Part shown: piece by piece, positions 8,393 to 18,206 of the stretch
How the letters are laid out: the number at the start of each line of letters is the position of its first letter
How positions within the stretch are numbered: position 1 is the first letter of the stretch
Assembly: GCA_034437215.1 (NCBI GenBank)
Contig: DAOTVC010000132.1
Location: 1 to 41,760, forward strand
DNA: 41,760 nucleotides
Direction: 5' to 3'
DNA from: Anaerolineae bacterium
GTDB lineage: Bacteria; Chloroflexota; Anaerolineae; B4-G1; SLSP01
Program-made: the position numbers and the translations under genes
The notes under the pieces: generated by a model
What the model was told of the DNA's origin: nothing
The model's input: only the letters and a program-made list of their open reading frames with translations
Database searches by the model: none

Positions 8393-9472
8393 TCAACCGC
8401 TGCGAGCCGTCTGGCGTTTCAGGAAGCGCAGATAGGCGCGCCAGCCGTAGGTGCGCAATTTCTCGATGATGGGCCACGCTCGACCGGCGGTGAAGAGGAA
8501 GCTCAGGCTCATGGTCACCGCCGAGGTCAGACACCAGAGACAGGTAGCGCCGATGACGAAGGGCTGCAGGTAGGTCAGGAAGATGGAGAAGGCGAAGCCG
8601 AAGCCCGTCAGACCGAAGCTGAGCAGCGGGGCCAGCTCTACGTAGGGGCCCTTGTCCCAGCGTTCGTAGGCGTAAGATACCAGGATAGCCAGGTAGCCCA
8701 GGACTCCGAAGAGGGCCATGGGTAGAATGCCGAAGAGTACGGCGAATTGGCTCTGTTGGACGGCGTCACACTGACCGATGGGGCCGCACATCAGTTCACC
8801 CTGCGGTGTCTCCCCGTAGAGCAGGTAGAGGGCCACCCCGAGTCCTATCAGAGCTATCCCCACCCTTACCCAGCCGGGTACGCTTTGGGAGAGTCTCTCT
8901 TGCCAGGCACGGGGACGGAAGAGGGCGACCGCCAGCACGAGCATGACGACCAAGAGGGCCGCGGAAAGGTAGTTGCCCGGCAGGTCGCGGCGGAAGCGGT
9001 CCAGCCAGAGGGGGACCCCTGCGGCTTCCAACTCCGCCTCTTCGATCACCCCCTCCAACCCCGGGATGGGGGGCCATTCGTTGCCGCCCTCCGCCAGCGT
9101 GCTTGCTACCAGACCGGGGAGCTGCGCGGGAATCTCCCCCGCTCCTACCAGCACGTTTCCTTCCAGGATCATCATCGGCACCGCGTATCGCTCCTCGGGT
9201 ACATCATACATCTCCAGGGCTTCCCGGAAGACCCGCTGCCCCGGCCCTGTCGTCGTGTCCACTCTCAGGATATGCAGCTGCTCACCGTACTCGCTCTCGA
9301 GGGGGGAAAGATCCCGCTCTTCGACCTGCTCACAGAACTGGCAGACGGGCGAGGTGAAGAAGACCACCCGCACCTGGGGGGCCTGCGCCCTTACCTGTGG
9401 TACGCTCCAGAGGAAACCGAAGAGCAGTGTCAGTGCTCCCAGAATTGTTATTAGACGCTTCATCAAACTCAC
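8393..9472 (-). CDS. Membrane disulfide oxidoreductase: an N-terminal thioredoxin-like domain (CQFC) fused to a vitamin K epoxide reductase (VKOR) domain.
   Basis: Signal/TM segment, then SPVCQFCEQ (CxxC). The VKOR part has the loop cysteine pair MCGPIGQC and the intramembrane active site ATCLWCLTS within multiple TM helices. Confidence 0.75.
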   Translation of the reverse strand: MSLMKRLITILGALTLLFGFLWSVPQVRAQAPQVRVVFFTSPVCQFCEQVEERDLSPLESEYGEQLHILRVDTTTGPGQRVFREALEMYDVPEERYAVPMMILEGNVLVGAGEIPAQLPGLVASTLAEGGNEWPPIPGLEGVIEEAELEAAGVPLWLDRFRRDLPGNYLSAALLVVMLVLAVALFRPRAWQERLSQSVPGWVRVGIALIGLGVALYLLYGETPQGELMCGPIGQCDAVQQSQFAVLFGILPMALFGVLGYLAILVSYAYERWDKGPYVELAPLLSFGLTGFGFAFSIFLTYLQPFVIGATCLWCLTSAVTMSLSFLFTAGRAWPIIEKLRTYGWRAYLRFLKRQTARSG

Positions 9473-9832
9473 TCCTTCGAAATTAGTCTTGGGTTTGTAG
9501 TAGGCGATTCATCGCCGTTGCTTTACGGCACTGAAGTGCCTACTATGAACCATTTTCATGCTTGGATGGTGTGCGCAAGCACCGGCGTCTCCCTAGAAAT
9601 GGTCCAAGGTTAGAAGTCGTTAGGACGACCCTGTTCATTGATTCAAGTAACGGCTATCTGCCTTAGGATACCACAAGTTGAGCGATTTTGAAAGACATTT
9701 GGCTATTAAACGAGCCGCCTCTCTCCAGCGCGTTCGCTCTTCATCCCCGCTGCGTACCCACTCGTGAACCACTTGCACAAACTAACCTTCTCGCGTATCA
9801 TTAGCATGAACGTTCTATATAAGGAGTCATCT

Positions 9833-12283
9833 ATGGAAATTGGAGCCGTGCGCTCTGTCGACATCGATACCGAAGTCAGGCGCGCCTATCTAGACTATGC
9901 GATGAGCGTCATCGTATCGCGGGCCATCCCCGACGCCCGGGACGGTCTGAAGCCGGTACAGCGACGCATTCTCTACGCCATGTACGACATGGGGCTGCGA
10001 TCCAATACAACCTACAAGAAGTCGGCGCGCATCGTGGGCGAGGTGCTGGGCAAGTACCATCCCCACGGCGATTCCGCCGTCTACGATGCCATGGCCCGCA
10101 TGGCCCAGGACTTCTCCATGCGCTACCCCCTGGTCGACGGGCAGGGCAACTTCGGCTCCATCGATGGCGACTCACCCGCCGCCATGCGTTATACCGAGGC
10201 GCGGCTGGCGCCCATCGCCATGGAGCTTCTGGAGGACATCGAGAAGGACACCGTCGACTGGGTGGACAATTTCGACGGGACGCTCAAGGAGCCCCACGTC
10301 CTGCCCGCCAACCTGCCGAATCTGCTGGTCAATGGGGCGTCGGGTATCGCCGTCGGTATGTCGACCAATATCCCGCCTCACAATTTGGGAGAGGTGATCG
10401 ACGGCCTCGTCCACCTCCTGAATAACTGGGAGAAGCAGGACGACATCGGCCTGGAGGATCTGATGGAGTTCATCCCCGGTCCCGATTTCCCCACGGGTGG
10501 GCTGCTCTACCGGCGGCAGAGCGCCAAGGGGGACGACGGTTTGCGGAAGGCCTACGCCACGGGGCGCGGGCGGATCACCATCCGCGCACGGGCCCACACC
10601 GAGGAGATCAGCGGCAGCCGCCGGCGCATCGTCATCACCGAGATCCCCTATCAGGTCAACAAGACCTCCCTCGTGGAGAAGATCGCCAAACTCGTGCGCT
10701 CTGGTAAGTTGGAGGGCATCTCCGATCTGCGGGACGAGTCCGACCGCCGCGGGATGCGCCTGGTCATCGATCTGGGGCGCGGCGTCGACCCCGACAAGAT
10801 GCTGGAGAGCCTCTACGATCAGACGCCGCTGGAGAACCGTTACAGCATGATCATGCTGGCGCTGGTCAACGGCGAGCCGCGCGCCCTCTCTCTCAAGAAG
10901 GCGCTCACCGTCTTCGTCGAGCATCGCCTGGAGGTCCTGCAGCGCCGCTCCCGTTACCAGCTGGAGCACGCCCGCGCGCGCGCCCACATTCTCGAGGGGC
11001 TGCTCATTGCTCTCGACAATCTCGACGAGGTCATCGATACCATCCGCCGCTCGCGCTACGTGCGAACGGCGCGGACGAACCTACAGCGCAAGTTCAAGCT
11101 GAGTGAGGTGCAGGCGCAGGCCATTCTGGACATGCCCCTCAAGCGCTTGGCGGCCTTGGAGCGCAAGAAGCTGCAGGACGAGTACGACGAGCTGCTGAAG
11201 ACCATCGACTACCTGGAGTCCCTGCTGCGGACCCCCGAGAAGCAGCGCCAGGTCATCCGCGACGAGCTCCTGGGCGTGAAGGAGCGCTACGACAACCCGC
11301 GCCGGACGCTCATCCTGGATGTGAAGGGCGACGAAGTTGACGTGGACGCCCTCATCCCCGACGAGCCCGTCTGGATCGTCGTCACCCGTGAAGGGCGCCT
11401 GGGACGCCTGCCCGACGAGGACGACAAGGCCCCCTACATCCACTCCCGCCCTGAACAGGCGCCGGTGGATATCCTGGGCGCCTCGATGCGCGATACCCTC
11501 TATCTCTTCACGGCGGAGGGGGAGGCGGTCGCGATGCCCGTGCATATGGTACCGAAGGGCAAGGCCTGGGAGGGCGAAGGCGAATCCTGGTCCAGCCTCA
11601 CGGGCCTCGAAGAGAGCGCCGATGTGATCGGTGCGCTGGCCCTACCTCCCAAACTGCCGCCCAGGGGCACACTCTTCCTGGTGAGCGCCCAGGGTCAGGC
11701 CAAGCGTATGGAAGCGGCGGAACTTCCCGGTGTGGGACGGGAGCCGAGCACCGCCATGCGCCTCGACGAGAACGATTGGCTCGTCGGCGTGGATTGGGTG
11801 GCGGAAGAGGAGACGGAGGTGATCCTGGGGACCGCCGAGGGGCAGGGAATTCGCTTCCAGGTCTCCGACGTGCGCCCCATGGGAGCCGGTGCGGGTGGGG
11901 TAGTGGGCATCCGGCTGGAGGACGAGGACGTCGTCGTCGGGCTGGCCGTCATCCGCCCCTGGGTCAAGCTTGTGACCGTCACCGATACCGGGCAGGCGAA
12001 GCGCACCGATCCGGAGGAGCTGCCCTTGCAGCGACGAGGGGGAAAGGGCGTGCAGATTGCCAGGTTGAACGGCGACGACCGGTTGATGGGCATCGGGATG
12101 GTTGTGACTACCTCTTACGTCATCCCGGTGACGCAGAGAGGAGCCGCCAAAACGACGACAGGGCGCTCCATCAACGAGCAGGGCCGCGCAACCCTGGGCG
12201 CGTCGGTCATTGCGCTACGGGGACGGGATACCGTCTCCCATCTGATCATTCCCCGCGATTCCATCGAGGAAGCGGAGGAGTAG
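9833..12283 (+). CDS. gyrA: DNA gyrase subunit A.
   Basis: [60 protein letters not shown], and C-terminal beta-pinwheel repeats. An AAGGAG ribosome-binding site lies 7 nt upstream of the ATG at 9833. The track ORF begins earlier at 9764, but the conserved N-terminus and the RBS favour 9833. Confidence 0.95.
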   Translation: MEIGAVRSVDIDTEVRRAYLDYAMSVIVSRAIPDARDGLKPVQRRILYAMYDMGLRSNTTYKKSARIVGEVLGKYHPHGDSAVYDAMARMAQDFSMRYPLVDGQGNFGSIDGDSPAAMRYTEARLAPIAMELLEDIEKDTVDWVDNFDGTLKEPHVLPANLPNLLVNGASGIAVGMSTNIPPHNLGEVIDGLVHLLNNWEKQDDIGLEDLMEFIPGPDFPTGGLLYRRQSAKGDDGLRKAYATGRGRITIRARAHTEEISGSRRRIVITEIPYQVNKTSLVEKIAKLVRSGKLEGISDLRDESDRRGMRLVIDLGRGVDPDKMLESLYDQTPLENRYSMIMLALVNGEPRALSLKKALTVFVEHRLEVLQRRSRYQLEHARARAHILEGLLIALDNLDEVIDTIRRSRYVRTARTNLQRKFKLSEVQAQAILDMPLKRLAALERKKLQDEYDELLKTIDYLESLLRTPEKQRQVIRDELLGVKERYDNPRRTLILDVKGDEVDVDALIPDEPVWIVVTREGRLGRLPDEDDKAPYIHSRPEQAPVDILGASMRDTLYLFTAEGEAVAMPVHMVPKGKAWEGEGESWSSLTGLEESADVIGALALPPKLPPRGTLFLVSAQGQAKRMEAAELPGVGREPSTAMRLDENDWLVGVDWVAEEETEVILGTAEGQGIRFQVSDVRPMGAGAGGVVGIRLEDEDVVVGLAVIRPWVKLVTVTDTGQAKRTDPEELPLQRRGGKGVQIARLNGDDRLMGIGMVVTTSYVIPVTQRGAAKTTTGRSINEQGRATLGASVIALRGRDTVSHLIIPRDSIEEAEE

Positions 12284-12426
12284 CATCACTTTGAGGGAGG
12301 AGTTGGCAGAGGAGAGAATCTTACAGGGAACTACCATCTTTGACGTCCCTAGGCAGGTTTGTACCGAGTTCACGTTCAATTCTACAGTTCAACGGTCATG
12401 ACTACGATCGTTGAGGAGGTTTGAGA

Positions 12427-12783
12427 ATGTCGTATCGAGATGAAATGGTTGTATGCGAGAGCTGTGGAGAGAAGTTTGTCTACACCGTGGAGGAGCAGCG
12501 CGCCCAGCAGGAGCTGGGCTTTGAGCCGAAGGCGCCGGATCGATGCTCCGGGTGTCGGGAGCAGGAGCCGCAACCCGGGCTGCGACCGGGTGTGGTGAAG
12601 TGGTACAGTCACGAGAAGGGCTTCGGCTTTCTCGTGCAGCCCGACGGTACCGAGGTCTTCTTCCACCGTACGGGTATCATCGGCGAGCCGGAGAAGGTCG
12701 CCCAGGAGAACACGTCCGTCTGGTATCAGCTGCAGAGTACCGACCGGGGTCTGCAGGCCTACGACGTTCATCCCCGCGATTAG
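12427..12783 (+). CDS. Cold-shock-domain protein with an N-terminal CxxC...CxxC zinc-ribbon.
   Basis: The cold-shock domain GVVKWYSHEKGFGFLVQPDGTEVFFH carries RNP1/RNP2-like motifs. The N-terminal CESCGEKF...CSGC is a zinc ribbon. GGAGG ribosome-binding site 9 nt upstream. Confidence 0.8.
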   Translation: MSYRDEMVVCESCGEKFVYTVEEQRAQQELGFEPKAPDRCSGCREQEPQPGLRPGVVKWYSHEKGFGFLVQPDGTEVFFHRTGIIGEPEKVAQENTSVWYQLQSTDRGLQAYDVHPRD

Positions 12784-12810
12784 GGAGGGTGATCGAGGTC
12801 TGAACGGGTC

Positions 12811-13980
12811 TTGCGTATCGCACTGAGTGGCTGGTTCTGGAACCGGCCTGAAACGGGAAGCGGTCAGTATCTGCGCGAACTCCTGCGCGTGCTGACCCTT
12901 CACCATCCAGAGACCGAGTTTCTACTTGTAGCGCCGCCTGATCGTTTCGACGCTGAGGCGGCGCTCTTCGGTGGACAGCGGGTCCCGTTGCCCGCGCCCC
13001 CTGCCCCTCTGGGCAAACTCTGGTGGGAGCAGGTGCTTCTTCCCCGTCTTGCCCGTCGCCTGCGGGTCGACCTGTTGCACGTCCCCTATTGGGCGCCCCC
13101 GCTCGTCTCTCCCGTCCCCACCCTCGTTACCGTACACGACCTCATCCCACGGCTGTTGCCTGCCTATCGGGGCGGGCTCCACGTGCGTGCCTATACGGCC
13201 CTCGTCAGCGCCGCTACCCCCCGTGCGACTCTCGTGCTCACCGATTCGCAGGCCGCTTGCACCGATATCGTCGCGCACCTCAACGTGGCGCCGGAGAAGG
13301 TGCGCGTCGTCTACCTGGCGACGAGTTCACGCTACCATCCCGAGCCCCGGGGGGACGAGCGTGTCCTGGCGAAGTACGCTCTCGAGGCCGGCTATACCCT
13401 CTATCTGGGGGGCTTCGACGTGCGGAAGAACCTGTCGGCGCTCTTGCGAGCCTTCAAACGGGTCGACGAAGCTCTGGGGGGCGAGGTCCGGCTGGTCGTA
13501 GCGGGGAGGTTGCCCGCCCGGGATAGCCCCTTCGCGCCCGATCCGCGCCGCCTCGCGGGCGAGGCTCATCTGCCCGAGGAGCGGGTGTGCTTCCTGGGGT
13601 TCGTCCCCGAGGAGGAGAAGCCCGCCCTCTACCGGCAGGCGCGCGCCTTCGTCTTCACCTCCCGCTACGAGGGCTTCGGCCTGCCGCCCTTGGAAGCACT
13701 GGCTTCGGGAACCCCCGTCGTGGGAAGTGACGCTGCCAGCCTGCCGGAGGTGGTGGGAGATGCGGGCGTCCTGACCCATCCTGACGACGTCGCGGGGATG
13801 GCCGGGGCACTCATCCAGCTCTACACCGACGAGCCATTCCACCGGGAGCTCTCCCGGCGCGCGGTGGAGCAGGCGGGGCGTTTCAGCTGGAGGCGAACGG
13901 CACAGGAGACCTTCGCGGCCTATCAGGAGATAGTGGCGAACCTTAGTCCGCGAAGAGCTCGTCGTCTCCCCCGAGGATGA
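12811..13980 (+). CDS. Family 4 glycosyltransferase (GT-B fold, GT4). TTG start.
   Basis: FVFTSRYEGFGLPPLEALASGTPVVGSD is the EX7E / GT4 C-terminal motif. Confidence 0.8.
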   Translation: MRIALSGWFWNRPETGSGQYLRELLRVLTLHHPETEFLLVAPPDRFDAEAALFGGQRVPLPAPPAPLGKLWWEQVLLPRLARRLRVDLLHVPYWAPPLVSPVPTLVTVHDLIPRLLPAYRGGLHVRAYTALVSAATPRATLVLTDSQAACTDIVAHLNVAPEKVRVVYLATSSRYHPEPRGDERVLAKYALEAGYTLYLGGFDVRKNLSALLRAFKRVDEALGGEVRLVVAGRLPARDSPFAPDPRRLAGEAHLPEERVCFLGFVPEEEKPALYRQARAFVFTSRYEGFGLPPLEALASGTPVVGSDAASLPEVVGDAGVLTHPDDVAGMAGALIQLYTDEPFHRELSRRAVEQAGRFSWRRTAQETFAAYQEIVANLSPRRARRLPRG

Positions 13981-14746
13981 TCTGGGGGGAGCGCTTGGCG
14001 ACGTAGTCGAGCATCCGTCCCCGGCGCACAAAGTAGACACAGGGGTCGAAGAGCACCTCTTCCTCCGTCAGAGGTGTGTGGGGAAGATCCTCGGGGAGGG
14101 GGAGAGCCGGTGCGGGCTCGCTGCTGACGAGCTGCAGCAGGTGCTCCTGAAGGTCGACCTCGCTCTCGGGTACGGAGGGCGCACAGCTGACGATCTGTGC
14201 GGCGACCCAGGCAAACCAGCGACGAATTCCCCGGCACCCCTCGACTCGTCTCTTGCGTCCCTCGAACCGCCAGTGGCGTTCCGCTACCCGGATCAGGCGT
14301 TGGGCGGTCGCCAGGTGCCGGCGGGCCGGCTCGAACTCGCCGAAGAGCACGTCGACGAGGGCCAGGCCGTACCGGGCAGCGGCTTCGTTCTGGCGTTGAG
14401 ACGCGGGGACCCGTCGTTCGAAGATCTGGGCCGCTTGGCGATAGTACTGTTGTGCCAGCCGCGGCGCTCCTGCATCGAGGCTGGCGTCGGCGACGACGAC
14501 GAGGGTGATGGCGTACCGTGTCCAGCTCCCGTGGTCGGCCCACTCCGCCGAGGCCTCGTCCGCCAATCTCCGCAAACGGTCCAGATCCCGCCGTCTGCAG
14601 GCTGCGACGCAGGCGCGTTGCACCTCGACACTGGGGACGGCGCTCGCCGGTCCGCTGAGGAAGGCGGTGGGCAAGGGTATGCGCGGCGGCGCTCTCATAC
14701 GCTGGCCTTCTTCACGGCGTTCAGGCTCTCTTTTCTTCCTGGCCAT
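13943..14746 (-). CDS. Hypothetical protein, possibly an all-helical TPR-like fold. It is the last gene of the SPFH operon. The start is uncertain (alternative ATG at 14698).
   Basis: A long ORF co-directional with the two SPFH genes and overlapping their end. There are no recognisable motifs. The Arg/Ala-rich composition is typical of a high-GC genome, so an artefact cannot be excluded. Confidence 0.4.
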   Translation of the reverse strand: MARKKREPERREEGQRMRAPPRIPLPTAFLSGPASAVPSVEVQRACVAACRRRDLDRLRRLADEASAEWADHGSWTRYAITLVVVADASLDAGAPRLAQQYYRQAAQIFERRVPASQRQNEAAARYGLALVDVLFGEFEPARRHLATAQRLIRVAERHWRFEGRKRRVEGCRGIRRWFAWVAAQIVSCAPSVPESEVDLQEHLLQLVSSEPAPALPLPEDLPHTPLTEEEVLFDPCVYFVRRGRMLDYVAKRSPQIILGGDDELFAD

Positions 14747-16271
14747 TCCCCTCGGCGTTGTTCAGCAGGCGCTCGAGCTTCTCGAGGGACTGCAGCGACT
14801 GCGACGGCAAGTAGACGCGCATCCATTCGGTGGGCGCGTCCGTCTCCCGCAAAGCTTCGAGGAACTTCAGGGCGATGACCGAGCGGGGGAAGCAGCGATC
14901 GCTCTCCTCCATCTCGTGGATCAGATCCGCAACGTGTCGCAGGAGCGAAACGTGAGCGTGGGTCCTGGCGGTCTCGAGGACCTGCAGGCGCTCTGCCCTC
15001 CCGTCCCCCAGCTGTTCGGTGGCCCAGGCCTTCCACACACTTCGCCACAGATCCAGCCACTGGGCTTTGACCTCGTCACTGACCTCGATGGTCCCGATGT
15101 ACGCGCTGACGATCTTCACGCCCAGTGATTCCACACTCTTCTGCAACTGCTCCTGCAGCTGTCTCTGGAGCAGGCGCCGGGTCTCCAAGCGTGCAGAGGG
15201 CCCCTGCTCCCGTTCTCCTCCCGTTGGAGGCAGGGGCATGGGGGGCGCGACCTCCTCCCGAGTGACCCGCCGGGTCCGTTCCAGCTCCTCCAGGAACTCG
15301 GCTGCCGTCTCATCGTCGAGCCCGCCCTCTTCGTCCAGGGGCAGCAGCAGTTGCACGGGGATGAGCTCGTCCAAGGAGAGTTCGGCGATAAGGCCTCGGA
15401 TAATACCTTGGGCGTTGCCCACCACCCGAGACTCCCAGTCCATCTTGTCCTCGAAGCGAGCATCTTCACGCATCCAGGTCGCCGTCGCCGCCTTGAAGAC
15501 GTTCTCTCTGGGAGCGGGGAACATGACCCGGTCGTTGGGCTCGACGTCGCCGTTGTCGATCTGGAAGGTGACATCGAAGGTACAGGTCACGGGAATCCCC
15601 TCTTCGGTGAGGGCGCCCACGTTCGCTTCGCGATGGCGCGGGCGCAGATCAATGAAGGCGTAGGGCTTTTCGAAGCGCTCCATCTGGTGGGCGGCAGGTC
15701 GGGTATAGACGGCTTTGAGGCGCCCTCTCTCCTGGGTCACCAGCGCAGTATCGTTGTAGAGCACGATAAAGCCCGGCCCTCCGATGCGCCACAGCGGGCG
15801 CTCTTGATCCGCCTCGCCGGCCGCTGTGCCCCCCTCTCGTGCCGTGAAGGAGGGTTTGTCGCCTCCCGGACCGGTGACGGAGAGCAGGACATATTGCGTC
15901 CCCGCAGTGGTGCTCTCCAGGCCGTAGAGGGTGTGCAGGAACTCCCCGGCGAGGAAGAAGGCGCCGGTCAGGAGCAGGGCGCCCGTCGCTGTCAGAAGGA
16001 TGAGCCTGCCCCAGATAACCCTGTCCGTCAACGCTTCGAGCGGGGGGACCTGGTGGTGCCTGACGATGGCGATAGTACCCGGCAGCAGATAGAGGACGGC
16101 GACGAAGGTGAAGAGGGCGAGCAGGCGCACTGTGTAGCGCGTCATTCGTGAACCACCGCGCAGCCGCTCCAGCTGGGCATTCAGATCGAATTCGCCGGCG
16201 CTCCTGCCCCTGCGTCTGTCTCTATTCCGTCTCATGCTCTTCGCTCTCGTTGCTCTCTTCGCCGTTAGCAA
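14721..16271 (-). CDS. SPFH/band-7 (flotillin/stomatin-like) membrane protein with two N-terminal TM helices. It is a paralogue of the upstream gene. The start is uncertain (TTG at 16271, or ATG at 16235 or 16145).
   Basis: The SPFH core GPGFIVLYNDTALVTQERGRLKAVYTRPAAHQMERFEKPYAFIDLRPRHREANVGALTEEGIPVTCTFDVTFQIDN parallels the upstream gene's domain. A coiled-coil-like Glu-rich C-terminus follows. Confidence 0.7.
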   Translation of the reverse strand: MLTAKRATRAKSMRRNRDRRRGRSAGEFDLNAQLERLRGGSRMTRYTVRLLALFTFVAVLYLLPGTIAIVRHHQVPPLEALTDRVIWGRLILLTATGALLLTGAFFLAGEFLHTLYGLESTTAGTQYVLLSVTGPGGDKPSFTAREGGTAAGEADQERPLWRIGGPGFIVLYNDTALVTQERGRLKAVYTRPAAHQMERFEKPYAFIDLRPRHREANVGALTEEGIPVTCTFDVTFQIDNGDVEPNDRVMFPAPRENVFKAATATWMREDARFEDKMDWESRVVGNAQGIIRGLIAELSLDELIPVQLLLPLDEEGGLDDETAAEFLEELERTRRVTREEVAPPMPLPPTGGEREQGPSARLETRRLLQRQLQEQLQKSVESLGVKIVSAYIGTIEVSDEVKAQWLDLWRSVWKAWATEQLGDGRAERLQVLETARTHAHVSLLRHVADLIHEMEESDRCFPRSVIALKFLEALRETDAPTEWMRVYLPSQSLQSLEKLERLLNNAEGNGQEEKRA

Positions 16272-17766
16272 TTCTCTCGATGTGGGACAGGGTCTGTACT
16301 ACGTCACCGGGAAGGGAGCGCCGCACCATCGGATCACCGATGATCTCCTGCACGGCATCGGTGAAGCGCATGATAATGATATTGGCCGCCAGCTCTGCCT
16401 CGTCCACGTCACCCCGTTTGATGAGATCGCTCACCCGGTTCACCAGTTCCACGTAGGTGCCCGTCCGCACCTTGGCCTCCTTCATGAGCGCCTTGGCCTC
16501 GGACTTGCTCAGGAAGCCGAGGATCTTGCGCGCCCAGAGCACGCGCCAGTTCTCGATGCGCGTGGTGCCGATCTCCTCCATCGCCGGATCGAGATTGCCG
16601 AAGCCTGCCGCTTGAATCTGGATGCCCCAATCGCGCACCTCCTCTTCCAGCTCTCTGCGAAAACGGCTCTGGATCTCGGCCCGCACCTTCTGGGGATTGT
16701 CCTCGTCCTGGGGGACCCAGTAGCGCTGGCTCAGCTCATCGAAGCGATAGTCGGCGAGGACGTTGCGCAGCACATACTGGGCAGTGCGCGGCACGATAGC
16801 CTCCCAGCTCTGCTTGGCGCGGTGCTCGATCTCCTCGTAGCCCGAGCCCTCGCGGTGAATCTCGATCATCCCGGCGCGGAGAGCCTTGAAGGCGGCGCTG
16901 CGCCGGAAGGGGTAGGGGGCGCCCAGTCGCGGCTCCTGTTCACCGGCGTCGATACGGAAGCGCATAAAGGTGCCGACCTTGAGCGGGATACCGTCGGCGG
17001 TAATCGCCCGGGTCGTCACGAACCGGTGTTGAGGGCGCAGATCGAAGATCTCCTGGACCTTCTCAAAGCGGTGGATAAAAATGAGCCCCGGGGGGGGGAT
17101 GTCCATCAGCTGGAGGCCGTCCCAGACGGCGACCGTCTGGTCGGGTTCGGTGAGCACAATTCCGGGCCCCGTGAAGCGCTTGCCCGCCGTCTTGCCGCTG
17201 TGCCGCTTGCTCATCCTGCGATCCTGCACCACGTAGTAGGGGAGGTGTGCCCCCACCGTGTAGGTGAGGAGGGCCCGCATGGCGGTGTAGATCTGTTTGC
17301 GGTTCTCCAGAGGCAGGATGTAGCGTGCAGCGAGGAGCAGGAGAGTGCTCCAGAAGAGCAACATCGCCGGCAGGGTGATGAGCGCCACGCCCAGATTCCC
17401 CGCCAGGGAGTGTCCGATGAAGAAGAGCGCGACGAAGAAGAGCCAGACGCTGCCGAAGGCGACGCCGGCACGCGACGTTCTGTAGAGCGTCTTCCCTGCT
17501 CCATAGGCCACGGGCGCAGCCAGGAGCAGGAGAATCACGAAGATCACCGTCTGCCCGCGGGTGTCGAGGTTGAGAGCCGGAAGGATGATCTGGATCCCGA
17601 TGTAGAAGAAGAAGACGAAGAAGGACCCTCCCCCGAAGATGAGGCTGCCGTCCCGGCGCGCGAGAAGGTAGCCGATGATCACTGCCATCAGAGTACTGCC
17701 AAACCCGGCGATCAACAGCGGGTAGGCGTACCTCCCGGCACCGATAGCTGCTAGTGCTTCCTGCAT
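16222..17766 (-). CDS. SPFH/band-7 (flotillin-like) membrane protein with an N-terminal domain of 4-5 TM helices.
   Basis: GPGIVLTEPDQTVAVWDGLQLMDIPPPGLIFIHRFEKVQEIFDLRPQHRFVTTRAITADGIPLKVGTFMRFRIDA is an SPFH signature. An AGGAG ribosome-binding site lies 5 nt upstream of the ATG. Confidence 0.75.
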   Translation of the reverse strand: MQEALAAIGAGRYAYPLLIAGFGSTLMAVIIGYLLARRDGSLIFGGGSFFVFFFYIGIQIILPALNLDTRGQTVIFVILLLLAAPVAYGAGKTLYRTSRAGVAFGSVWLFFVALFFIGHSLAGNLGVALITLPAMLLFWSTLLLLAARYILPLENRKQIYTAMRALLTYTVGAHLPYYVVQDRRMSKRHSGKTAGKRFTGPGIVLTEPDQTVAVWDGLQLMDIPPPGLIFIHRFEKVQEIFDLRPQHRFVTTRAITADGIPLKVGTFMRFRIDAGEQEPRLGAPYPFRRSAAFKALRAGMIEIHREGSGYEEIEHRAKQSWEAIVPRTAQYVLRNVLADYRFDELSQRYWVPQDEDNPQKVRAEIQSRFRRELEEEVRDWGIQIQAAGFGNLDPAMEEIGTTRIENWRVLWARKILGFLSKSEAKALMKEAKVRTGTYVELVNRVSDLIKRGDVDEAELAANIIIMRFTDAVQEIIGDPMVRRSLPGDVVQTLSHIERIANGEESNESEEHETE

Positions 17767-18120
17767 AGGACTCCTGCTGACGTGGTATTCCGTCCTTCAC
17801 TTATCGACAGTAAGATTATAGTCGTAAGTTGCAAATGCTCCAAGTGGGCTTCCGCCTGGCTGGCGTGCAGATCAGGAGATTCTTAGCCACTGAGGCATTT
17901 ACGCTGCGAGAGGGGGTACTCCCGAACAGAACCGAATGGAGTAGAGGACCCCGGCACTATCGAATGGCGTTTTGTCGAGAGGAAGCTCTTGTTCACCGGC
18001 AGGTAGCGTATATGCCAGACAGGGACTGTAGCGAGGCGCAGTCAGCACTTTCCGGAGTCTGTGTCAACCCCGGTTATACGTTTTGCTACGTTACGGGATA
18101 CGATAGCCAAAAGTTCACGA

Positions 18121-18160
18121 GGTGACCCCCCGACCTTATCGGCCAGGGGGTCACCTCTTG
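18121..18160 (-). terminator. Candidate terminator hairpin downstream of the giant surface-protein gene: a 10-bp stem GGTGACCCCC/GGGGGTCACC with a 15-nt loop. On the minus strand a weak U-tract follows.
   Basis: The perfect inverted repeat lies 47 nt past the stop at 18207. The U-run only starts after 9 nt, which is suboptimal. Confidence 0.4.
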
Positions 18161-18206
18161 AACGCTACGGATATCCCGCAACGCTTACACTATTGTGGTA
18201 GCACGG

